NCBI RefSeq assembly: GCF_018350175.1
Contig: NC_058368.1
Span: 236,284,001 to 236,348,000, forward strand
Origin: Felis catus
Lineage: Eukaryota
DNA: 64,000 nucleotides
Reading direction: 5' to 3'
Under the pieces are notes generated by a model, which ran no database searches, was not told the origin of the DNA, and worked only from the letters and a program-made list of their open reading frames with translations. The position numbers and the translations under genes were made by a program. This document shows positions 13,446-23,891 of this stretch, one piece after another; within the stretch, counting starts at the first letter, position 1; each line of letters begins with the position of its first letter.

Positions 13446-13469
13446 AAACAAACAAACAAACAGAAGATA

Positions 13470-13682
13470 GGGGGCCCCTGGTGGCTCAGTCGGTTAAGCG
13501 TCTAACTCTTGATTTTGGCTCAGGTCATGATCTCACTGTTTGTGAGTTCGAGCCCCAAGTCAGGCTTTCTTCTGACAGTGTGGAGCCTGCTTGGGATCCC
13601 CTCTCTCTTTCTCTCTCTGCCCCTCCCCGCTCTTGCTTTCTCCCTCTCTATCTCTCAAAATAAATAAACTTTTTTTTTTTAA
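13470..13682 (+). mobile_element. Can-SINE
   Basis: gggggcccctggtggctcagtcggttaagcg head to caaaataaataaac tail. Confidence 0.95.
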
Positions 13683-13900
13683 AGGCATACAGAAGGCAAA
13701 AAAAGATTAAACAAACAATATCCAGCTGTGGGACAAGTTCACACAGACTAGTATGTGTATAATTGGAGTCTTCAAAGGAGGGAGAAGCAGGAAAAAGCAA
13801 AGAATATTGGTCATACATTTTCAAATTTTGATAAAACTATAACCCACAGAAGTATTTGATAACAATTTGATACAATTTGATAAAAACAATGAACCCACAG

Positions 13901-14107
13901 TGGCACCTGGGTGGCTCAGTTGGTTAGGGGTCTGACTCTTGCTTTCGGCTCAGGCCATGATCCCAGGGTCATGGGATGGAGCCCCAAGTCAGGCTCCATG
14001 CTGAGTGTGGAGCCTGCTTGGAATTCTTTCTCTCCCCCTCTGCCCCTCCCCGACTTGTGCACGCACACCTGTGGATACTCACTCTCTCTCTGCCTCTCTC
14101 CCAAAAA
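13901..14107 (+). mobile_element. Can-SINE (older subfamily)
   Basis: ggcacctgggtggctcagttggttag head; TSD atgaacccacag at 13889-13900 and 14228-14239. Confidence 0.93.
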
Positions 14108-14198
14108 TTATATATATATATATATATGAACATATATATGAACATATATATATATACGAACATATATATGAACGTATATATATACAAACATATATATG

Positions 14199-14232
<34 letters not shown>

Positions 14233-14282
14233 CCCACAGAAGTGTAATGTGTGTGTGTGTATATATATAATATATATATATG
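14108..14282. repeat. compound (TA)n / TATATATGAACA microsatellite
   Basis: TA runs punctuated by gaac/aaac, followed by (TG)n(TA)n. Confidence 0.95.
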
Positions 14283-14362
14283 AGCCCACAGAAGTGTAAC
14301 GAACCCCAGGTACAAGAAGCATGAATAAATGACACCAAGTGTCTTCTTGGTCAAAGCCCGTA

Positions 14363-14850
14363 TGTATTAGTTATCTACTCCGTGTAACAAATCACCCCAG
14401 CACACAAAGACGTAGAACATGCTGTCATCCCAGATTCCTCAGGGTCAGGATTTGAGGTGTGGAGGCTTAGCTGGCTTCTTCCGGCTCAATCTCAGCAGGG
14501 TGTTAATTGTAGTGTTGGCCGGGACGAGGATGACCTCCAAGGTGAACTGGGGGAGAATTTGTTTTCAAGCTCACTCATGCCTTGGCTGGTGGCAGATTTT
14601 CGGTCCTCAGTGGCAATTGGCTGCAAACGTCACTTACTTGGCCCTTGGGCCTCTCCAGAGGGTAGCCCATAACACATGGCCGAACAGCGCGTGGATGCTT
14701 CATAAAGTTTATGAAGATTTTCGTACCAGTTCCTCTTGCAACAAGGAGAGCGGATCCAAAATCTCTTCATTCTGAGAGTAAGATACTTTTCAAGGGTCCC
14801 GGGGGGAGAATAATAGAGTCGATTCCATGTGAAGGCCTGAGAAGGTATTT
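14363..14850 (-). mobile_element. MLT1 (F/G-like) MaLR LTR
   Basis: tgtattagttatctactccgtgtaacaaatcacccc start, gggtcaggatttgag, ttcaagctcactcatg, gggcctctcca; right boundary uncertain. Confidence 0.75.
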
Positions 14851-16574
14851 TCACCATGAGGAGGGTGGGAGGAGGGGTGATCGGAAGTCCGGGTGGGCTT
14901 GGGGGGTGGGATCTAGGAGCAGCGGGGACTTGCTCTTGCTTCCTGTAGCTCAGGGGAGGGTAGTCCTCCCACACAAGCCCCGTGCTCCCGAGCAGAATGC
15001 CTGCAGCCCGGATGGAGGCTGGGGAGGCAGGGGCCCGGTGGGGAGGGCAGGGCTGTATTGTCCTCCTCCCTTGAGGACCCCCTATTGGGGGTCCCACTGG
15101 AACGGAGATGAGGGGAGACACAGAACCCTCCCTTCCCCGAGTGGTTTGTTTGAAATGAGCACACTACATCCTCCGTAATTCGAATAGGTTCACCTAGAAG
15201 TGACTAGATTAAATCGCTGTCTGTGTTCTGGGGTTTCGTGTCACGCTACGTTGAACTGGAGGAAACACAGTTCGGGTCTGACCACTCATCACACGTGGCT
15301 TGCAAACGTGTGCCCGCTCCGGGGCCCGTGACGGCAGACGGGGAATCTGAAGACATGTTCCTACTTCAGTCCTGCCATTAACCCGCTCGGTAGCCACACA
15401 TCAGCAACTGTCACCTCTGAGCCTCGGATTTTGAAGCAGAAATGTGGATACGAGGTTAAAGTTACCTGTTAGCGTCCTTCCCCCTCTCACGTTCTGGATT
15501 TCTAAGTTTGATTAAAAAGGAGGTCGCGGCAGGTGAATATCCTTCAGGCCGAGGCTCCTGGTGGCAGAGAAACCTTCCCAGCCGTATCCTCTGGGGGGCC
15601 CTCACCCGGCCCGGAAAGGGGGCAAGGTCTGCTTTAGCCCCAGCCTGTTTGTATGAGTCGCTCTGATCCACCTGCTAAATCTCCTGGTGCTGAGATGCTT
15701 CAGGGTCGCAGGAGACAGGGTGGGACTTCAAGTGACCCGGGAGCGTCTTGCTCACCACCTCGCGGGTCTGCCAACAGCAGTGATTTTCCCTGTGTCACAC
15801 ACACACTGTGACACTCTGTGGTCCCCCTTACAAATGAGTAGGGATGGGGTGGCGAACTTATTTAGAAAAGAACACAAATGTCCAACAGGATACTTGGTTT
15901 TCTAATGAGGCCCTCTGCAAGTAATTTGAAATCCCGCCGCCTCGACTCCACAAAACGTGCACATTTTGGCCATCATGGCGCCCACCACGGCGTGCCCAAA
16001 TGCCGCACGCGGGAGCGACGCCACCTTAAACGTCTAATGATCGAAATGTAAACCTGAACCCGAATGAGGAATGATTGATCGTTTATTCTGGGTTTTATCC
16101 AATTACAGCTAATAAGATTTTCCATGAAGATAAAGAAAAATTCATTTCTCATTACGATCCTCAACGCAAGCGGTAATCACTGTGCGGTTCAGGGGAAAAA
16201 GAAGATCAACACAGAGGCAATTTACACACACACTCATTTGTGTGTGGGGTGAGCTGTTTGTGGCGATCTCCATGCCAACCTTAATGAAAAACAAGACATT
16301 CATATTATTTTTCGGAAGCAAAGCTACCCTCTGAATTCGATAAAGAGGACACGCCAGCTAATGACGTAAGCGAAAAAGCTGGGGGTGTAGTGTTTTGCCA
16401 GAGGGGTGGGCCGGAAGGCCGCAGTTGCTAAGAAAGGCAGGCCACACGGGTCCCTGGGACACTGCGGGTCCCACCCGAGGAGGTGAGAGACATACAGGGA
16501 CGGGAAAGGTAAGGGAGCAGTTCGGCCATTCCAGAAAAATCTGGAGCACAGACTCAGACCCTCAGAGCAGACAC

Positions 16575-16890
16575 TTGCCATCATCTATGGTTGCCAGACC
16601 ACAGTACCTCCGGGGCGGCTCGAACAGCACGGGTTTATGTCTGGGTTCTGGAGGCGGAAGGACGGGGCCAGGGTTGAGGCGTGGCGGGGTTCCAGATTGT
16701 GGACGGCCGCCTTCTCACTGTGTCCTCACCTCTCTCCCTTCCTCTCCTCGAACGGCCGCAGTCCCACGGGATCAGGACCGCAGGCTCATGGCCTCACTGA
16801 ACCTTGATCACCTCCGAGAGACCTGTCCTCTACAGTCACCAGGGCAGGCTTCTGCGCGTGCTTTTTGGGGGACAAATTCGGTCGGGGGTA
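16575..16890 (-). mobile_element. MLT1 (A/B-like) MaLR LTR, CpG-enriched
   Basis: gttctggaggcggaag, gacggccgccttctcactgtgtcctcac, tcatggcctcactgaaccttgatcacctcc, ttttgggggacaaattc. Confidence 0.75.
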
Positions 16891-17202
16891 CACCTGGCAT
16901 TTCTATCCCCAGAGCTGTTAGCGCCTGCTCGCCAGGGGGCTGGAAGAGTAAGCGGCCTTCACGACGTTCGGGGGCTCCTTTGATCACTGCTCTCCTCCGA
17001 CGCCCGTGCCGAAAATTTTGGATCGGCTCCTCTGTCTCTTTGTTTAAGTTAGATATCCCCGATTATCTTCTCTTTCAGATTAATTGTTATTTCAAATTAG
17101 CACAGTGGTGACAATGTTCGCACGGGGTCCCACGATTTTACCTTATCTCACGGAGCTCTATTACACGGGGATGCATCCTATTGAAATAAATACGGCCCCT
17201 CC

Positions 17203-17408
17203 AGGCCCCTGGGTGGCTCAGTTGGTGAAGCATCTGACTCTCGACTTCGGCTCACGTCATGATCTCACGGTTTGTGAGTTCCAGCCTCTGTGCTGACAGT
17301 GCGGGGTCCGCTGGGGATTCTCTCTCTTCCTCCCTCTCTGCCTCTCCCCTGCTCTTGCGTGTTTTTTTTCTCTCTCTCAAAATAAATAAATAAATATTAA
17401 AAAAAAAT
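17203..17408 (+). mobile_element. Can-SINE
   Basis: cctgggtggctcagttggtgaagcatctgact head, CT tract, (AAAT)n-A tail. Confidence 0.93.
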
Positions 17409-18685
17409 CCAGTCTCGCCAACTGTACCCAGGAGTTTATGCTGGATGAGCTCTGAGTAGGGCACAGAGAGGGGAACACACCTGGAGAGCTGCAGAGAGAA
17501 CCCGCATGGGCTACGGGGTAAGAGAGCGAGATTTACATGCACGGTAGCTGAGCACTGGGTCCCACGCAAGGGTTTTTCCAAGCAGCCTAACCAAGTAGAC
17601 CGGAGGCTCAGTATCTCCATCTATAAAACGGGTCTAAGGAGCATCCACAAGGGGTGATTTGACGAAATGTCTTATCACGTATGAACAGCTAATCGTAGGG
17701 TCTGCACCTTCACGTTCAGGAGCTCCCAGGATGTATGTCTACAGCTCCTTGAAGACATGTTCCTCTTGATTATGACCAGGAAAATTAAAGATGGGCTGGC
17801 TTAGAGCTGTAAAGGTCATGTGCACAGTCAAGGTAAGGGCATTATGGGAGAGGAAAACTTTTCATTTTATTCTAGTTATTTTCGCATAACTGGTTATTTC
17901 AAATAATCTTGTTATTTTCAAAGAGCCTAATCTGATGAGGAAGTAAGTAACTTCAGGTTTCAGCTGATTTGGGGCGCTCTGGGCAGTGAAGGAACCGTGG
18001 ACGCTGTGAGCTGTCCAAGTACCTAATGGTAGTTCGTTCAAGACCGTGATTCCACAGCAACCATTCAGGTTTTCTTGACGGCTGCCCATGGCATTGACCC
18101 CCTGGAACTCCTGCGCGTGGCAAGGCTGGAAGTCTCCGGTCCTGAGGACCCCCACTCCCGACCCGCGAGGAAGTGGTCCAGATGTGGATACACAGCCTGG
18201 GCTGCACCAGGTACAATCCCCCAGCCCACACTGGGAAACCGGAGACTTCCGGCAGAATTGCCAAACAAGCACTGAGTCAAAGCAGTGTCGTCTTGTGGAG
18301 CCACGTGCAGGGTGCAGGCAGCTGTATTTGCATGTGTGGAGGAAGCTGGGCCACCTGAGAAAGGGTCCAGCCTGTGGCAAGAGGAGCAGGGACAAGAGGG
18401 CTGTCCCTGAGATGCCCACGTCCCGCGGCCACTCGTCCTGACCCCATTGCAGACCTGGCCTAATTCCTGGGACACAGGCACCAACTTATCCCTTCTGCCC
18501 ATGTTACTTGGGTTCGGTTTCTCCACCCGGCACCCAGAGTCCCACATCACAACCCCCAAACTCCCAAGGGTGTCCCAAGGGTTCCCCCATTATTCATGAA
18601 AAACATCTTCCAACATTTTTGAATATTTTCATTTCTTCCTCTATGAATGGGGAATGTTGGTTCACTGTCCTTACGCTCAAAATCA

Positions 18686-18875
18686 TTTTTATGTATGTAT
18701 GTATGTATTTTTGCTGAGGGCGAGGGCAGGAGGGGCAGAGGGAGAGAAAGAATCTTAAGCAGTCTCCACACCCAGTGTGGAGTCTGATGCAGGGCTCGAT
18801 CTCACAACCTGAGATCATGAACTGGGAGGAAATCGAGAGTCGGACCCCTAACCAACTGAGCCACCCAGGCGCCCC
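18686..18875 (-). mobile_element. Can-SINE (older subfamily)
   Basis: (TATG)n tail, gaatcttaagcag, ..actgagccacccaggcgcccc. Confidence 0.93.
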
Positions 18876-20807
18876 ACAGAATTATTTTCAGTTGCACAGG
18901 AAGACTTTGTGATGGGTGTCGTCATAGAGTTCAGTGGTAGAACACAGCCAGGCCCATGGGTCCGCCTTGGGAAGGCTGCACACGCACTCAGGGGGAGGTG
19001 GAGGCAGGAACCCTGGGCTGAGGCTCCGTTCCAGCTGCTCTCCACGCTCAGGCCTCCGCGGCCCCTGAGACGCGGGGGCATCGATTGCCCCGGGGGCCTT
19101 CGGAAGCTTCGGAGGGAGCTCCGTCTAAATATACTTTGCATCGATCAGAAAACAGACAGGGTTAGGGTCTGATTCTTCAGCTCATTCCCACCCCTTGCTA
19201 GATTTGTGATCACTTGACATACAATTAAAGAGAGAATGAAACGCAGGGGGACCTATGTCTGCAAATAACAAATACCCAATAGGCAGGGAGGACGTTTGCA
19301 AACAGGCTGTTTTCTAGGGTGCAGCTAAGAGCTGGCCGGACTGGGCTTTATAAGGGCCGTATCTGCCGGGCGGTTCTGTGGAGGCAGAAGCCAGCCGGGG
19401 AGCGTTTCCCAGTGAAGGGGTAGCCCAGGGCTGAGGCAGTCCCCAAGGAGGCAGACACCCTTGTCTAGGATTAGGGCAGCATCCCTGGGGGGTAGGAGGA
19501 CTTCACGGGGGCATACACCACGGACAACCTAAAGTTGGGATGCGGGAATGTCTTACGTCCTTTCGTAATGTGGCAGTCATACACCCATTTAATTTAAAAT
19601 AGAGATGCCCGATGCTGCCCTGACGATTCTGAATCAGTGGGGCAGATGGGGTGAGACGGCGGGATTTAGCCACCGTGACTTTCTCTTCCGAGGTCCAGGA
19701 TGCCAGCTTTGTAGGGAATAAAAACAAAACTCGGAAAATTGCTGACGCCATGATGTGACAGCTTCTAGAGGACCTGCGTCGTCCGGCTCGTATTTAAACA
19801 CCCTTTTAACAATTTGCTTATTCTGAACTATATTCAAATGTCACTGTTTTTGCAATAGTTATGGGTGTGTCTGCTTTTTATAGACACAATCACTTCCCAA
19901 ATGTTTCTGACAATAATAAAAGCTAGTCACCCGTGTCACCATGACCTTATGTCAATATTTCCATCACGTGAATTTCCAAACCCTTCGACTATCTGGGAAC
20001 AAGTCTCCCCAGGGGCTCTAGGGGGTGCGCGTGTGTGCTGACATTCACAGAGCTCTGTGGAATGAGGCGGGTTCCAAGGACTCTGGAAGTGAGGAACGCC
20101 CCTCCTCCATCTGGCCTGACACAAAGGAAGGTGGTTAGCCAAGGGAGCCACTGGAATGCAGGTGCGCTCTGCACACTGAGGTAGACAGACGCCCACACTT
20201 GCTGCTTGAGTTTGCACACACAGGGGGACACGGAGGCGGCCGGCGTCACTGGGAAACTTCTGAACCGAGAAGTTACTGAAATGTGAAACGAAGGAGTCTC
20301 GCCTCCCTTCTGTGGCTGTCGGTTCAGCCCCCCACTGGTCTCTCTGCCTGCAGTCGGCTTCCCCAGAGGGGGTGTGCATGGTGGCCCTTACCACCCTCCG
20401 AATGCGACCTTGGCCAGTCTCTGCTGTGGGCCGGCCATTCCAGAAGCTACACGTCCTCGAACCCCAGGCCCTCCACCACCCCCACTGTTTTCTTCCCCTG
20501 TGGCTACTGCAGCGACCCCACCACCCGTCACGTTCCCCTCTCCAGACACCTGGCACCTGCTGTTTGCTTCTCCCTTTCTTGGCTGTCACCTGTGCCTCCT
20601 TCCAGTTGGCTGGGGTCAACGCTTTAACCTTGGAGTCCTGTGCTCTTAAGGTCAACCTGCATTGCCGCAGGAGAGGTTATTTTTTATGTAAAAGTGAGCA
20701 TTTCTGCCCCCCCCATCAGTACCTTCCAGGGGCACCTCTGTGCGGCCAGGACCCTGTCCTGTTTCTCTGCCGGGATCTCCATGCTGGCCTCCCAGCGAGC
20801 CTCCCCT

Positions 20808-21210
20808 TGTGCCAGGGGGACCCTGGGGCTGCCATGAGGAAGTGTCACCGCCTGGGCGGCTCAAACAAGAGAGATTTGCTTCCCAGCAGCTCCAGTGGCT
20901 ACAGGTCCGCACTCAGGGTGCGGGCAGGGCTGAGCTCCTTCTGAAGGCGGCCGGGGAAGCGTGTGGCCCAGGCCGGGCTCCTGGGCTTGTCGGCCCCCGT
21001 GGTCTCCTTCTTCCTCCTGTCTCATCATGAGCTCACCCCTCTGTCCACATGTCCACAGCAAACCTACTGGAACAGGACCACGCCAATGACCTCGTTTTCT
21101 CTTAATCTGCTCTGGCGAGACCCTATCCAGGTAACGTCACATTCTGATGTATGAGGGGGTGTGTGAGGGCTTCAACTTGGGAATCTGGGGGCACAATTCA
21201 GCCCAGGCCA
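20808..21210 (-). mobile_element. MLT1 (B/C-like) MaLR LTR
   Basis: ggggctgccatgaggaagtgtcaccgcctgggcggctcaaacaa start; caatgacctcg, gtcacattctga, gggggcacaattcagccc end. Confidence 0.8.
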
Positions 21211-21889
21211 CTGCTCTCCCACAGTCTTGCCCGAGATCTCACGGAGGGGTTTTCTCTCCAGGACAGCGGTCTCCCATTGTCCTCCGTCAGCCCTCTCTGT
21301 AAGGGAGCAGTTCAAGCCACACTCACACTCACACACACTCACACATGCACCAGAGGGCCTGTGCCGGTCACACTTCTGTGCCGGCTGAATAATGTGCCTG
21401 GGATTCAGGACACCTGGGCTCTAGGCCCCTCCGGGGCCCAAGTCTTCTCCCCAGACCTGGGCTGGGAGACACAATGAGGATACAGTGATTCTCAAGGACT
21501 CGCTGGGTTCCAGAATTATAGAAATCTGAGATACTTTTATTTAAGAATCTATCTACCTCTGTCCTAAAATAGTGATTCTGCAGGCTGCGTGTACTGATAA
21601 GCCCACTGTACGTAATGAGGGTGTTGCAAGGGATTTGAAAGAAAGAAATGATAGAATAAATTATAGGAATAGGTTTCTAGAAAATCTAGAAATCAGTGAT
21701 GTTAATAAAAACGGAATATTTTGGGGGGGTATGCACACAAAATACGCGTACAAGAGTGGATGGCTTCACGGTTTTTCTAGGCGAGGTCATTTTTCTAATA
21801 TTATTTCTTTTTCCCGCTTGCTCTGGGTACTCCAGTTCAAACTTTCCATATACACTTTCTAACAGTAGATTGTGCCCTTGTGTGGGCTT

Positions 21890-22250
21890 TAAAAATCATT
21901 TGTAGACATTGAGCAATTAAAAACAATGACGTCTAATTTATCTGCTCTCAATAATATGGATTTCTTAATGGGAATGCACGGAGACCTTTGGTCAGCCGGG
22001 GCGCTGCGCCCGCGAGCTTTCAGTAAGCTCTGCTGTAGAAATCACGGCAAATCTCAATTTCTGACATCATTCAATGTTTTCTGTGTAATAATTGAAAACA
22101 AGGGTGATACAATAATTATTAAGCAGGCTGCTTTCGGAATATTATTGAGTCCATTAATCACTTCTAGTTTAATGAGCGGGAATAATGATTTACATCTGCA
22201 AGTGACTAAGTTTATTATCAATGTGTGGTAACAAATCAACATCCACAAAA
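21890..22250. promoter_or_regulatory. candidate conserved non-coding element / developmental enhancer
   Basis: Unique AT-rich block dense in TAAT/ATTA, SOX AACAAT (21922) and PBX-HOX TGATTTAC (22186); conservation is inferred, not tested. Confidence 0.5.
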
Positions 22251-22885
22251 AGCAAAATTAAAAACAACACTCAGAAAAGGACAACAATCAAGCGATTCGG
22301 GCCCTTGGGGTTGGTGGGCTTTCCAACAGTCACAGGTACGGTGTTTGCACAAGCCGTGAACCCTGATCCTGGGATGGGGGGGCCTCTGCCCGCTGCCCAC
22401 TGCCTGTCTCAAGCCTGCTCTAAGAAGAGCTGGCAGGGGGGCCCTGTTATTTTGGGGTGAGAAGCTTCTATTCTCAGGCCAAACTCCATTTTCACACAAT
22501 GGCTGCCTTGTAGCAACTCAGCTAAGGCTGAAGGCATTTCCCCCAGAATCTTGCAGTCATTACTGGGCAGAAAATTTCCTGCAGGTCTGAGGGATCCGGG
22601 ACCCAAAGAGGAGACGGAAAGTTTTAGAGGTGACATCTCCAAGCTGACTCTCCATAGGGTGACTTTCTGAGGGTCTGCCTGGGGACTGCCTTAGGAGAAA
22701 ACCTGAGCAAGCTAACTGGTGTTCATTGAAATGCAAAGGAGCCATTTGATGGGCGCTGGCATCCTGACTGAGCCCAGCCACCCTGGCTCACTTTCAGTAG
22801 AAAAGATGCCTCCCTGTTCCTCATTAGCGTCCTTTCTAAATTTAGTGGTTCATCAATCCGAGTTTGAAAGAGGAATTAATAATGG

Positions 22886-23090
22886 TTTCAAGACTGCAAG
22901 TTGATCAAAATCATCAACCTAATTCCACCCAGGGAGAGCTCTGAAATCAAAAGGGTCCTGCTAATCAGAAAATAATAAAATAAAATAAAATTTCAAGACT
23001 GCAAGTTGATCAAAATCATCAACCTAATTCCACCCAGGGAGAGCTCTGAAATCAAAAGGGTCCTGCTAATCAGAAAATAATAAAATAAAA
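22886..23090. repeat. 105-bp direct tandem duplication
   Basis: tttcaagactgcaag...cagaaaataataaaataaaa at 22886 and again at 22991, identical over about 100 bp. Confidence 0.97.
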
Positions 23091-23165
23091 CAAAATAAAA
23101 TAAAATAAAATAAATAAAATAAAATAAAGTAAAACAAAACAAAACAAAATAAAACAAAACAAAGT
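23075..23165. repeat. (TAAAA/CAAAA)n pentanucleotide repeat
   Basis: direct reading. Confidence 0.95.
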
Positions 23166-23844
23166 AAGAAGCGTGATGGTTTGCAGCCTAATTGTCGCTT
23201 CTCTGAAAAGCGATAGATTCAATGTAGACTGGATGCCCTCATGTAAAACTGGTTGCTTCTGGAAAACACATGCTTTGCACCCGTTTTAAATCTGGTCTTC
23301 GAAGGGTGACGGAGTTAAAGTGAAAGCAGAAATTCCCCAGGGAAAACGGCTCCCTGCTTCACTCCAACACCATATCCGGGTCTCCGGCTCTCCTTCCGGG
23401 AAAGCCTTTGCTTTGTGTGGAGTCCCTCCCTGCTTTGCGCCTTCACTGGCTCTCGTCAAATTGCAGCGAATGGGGCCAGGGAGCAGTGCCTAACTCCCTC
23501 CTAAAAATGTCAACAGTTTGGCCACTTGAAAAGACAAAAGTCACGTTTGGTTCTGTAAAGGGGTTAATGGAGCAGGAAGAGGTCACCAGAGGCAGGGGAC
23601 CAGGATCTGCAGGGTAGCTGTGTGAGTTACCCTGGAGAAAACCCCCAGGGAGGAAGGAAGCAGGATCTTTGCCTAAAATTGCCTACCTCCATCCAGGGTC
23701 TGGTGCTGAGTAGACCTCACAATCCCTTTCTTCTTTCTTCTTTCATTTCTTTTATCTCCTTAGAAAGTCCTCTGACTGAGCTCAATTTAGCCTGTGTAAG
23801 AACATTCTGATAATGAATAGCACATACATTTTTGGAACAATATT

Positions 23845-23846
<2 letters not shown>

Positions 23847-23889
<43 letters not shown>
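23847..23889. repeat. (TA)n microsatellite
   Basis: about 21 perfect TA units. Confidence 0.98.

Positions 23890-23891
<2 letters not shown>

Larger units (their letters stand above)
13700..14358 (+). mobile_element. old L1 (L1M) ORF1 fragment split by a SINE and a microsatellite
   Basis: ctgtgggacaag..gtataattggagtc..aaattttgataaaactataacccacag, resuming at aacgaaccccaggtacaagaagcatgaataaatgacaccaag; matches recalled L1M ORF1 sequence. Confidence 0.7.

Noticed and set aside
16395..17111. 238-aa ORF
   Set aside because: Runs through an MLT1 LTR in GC-rich DNA, has a non-ATG start and resembles no known protein.
19936..20944. Overlapping 239-aa and 210-aa ORFs on opposite strands
   Set aside because: GC-rich chance ORFs, one overlapping an LTR; no domain or exon structure.
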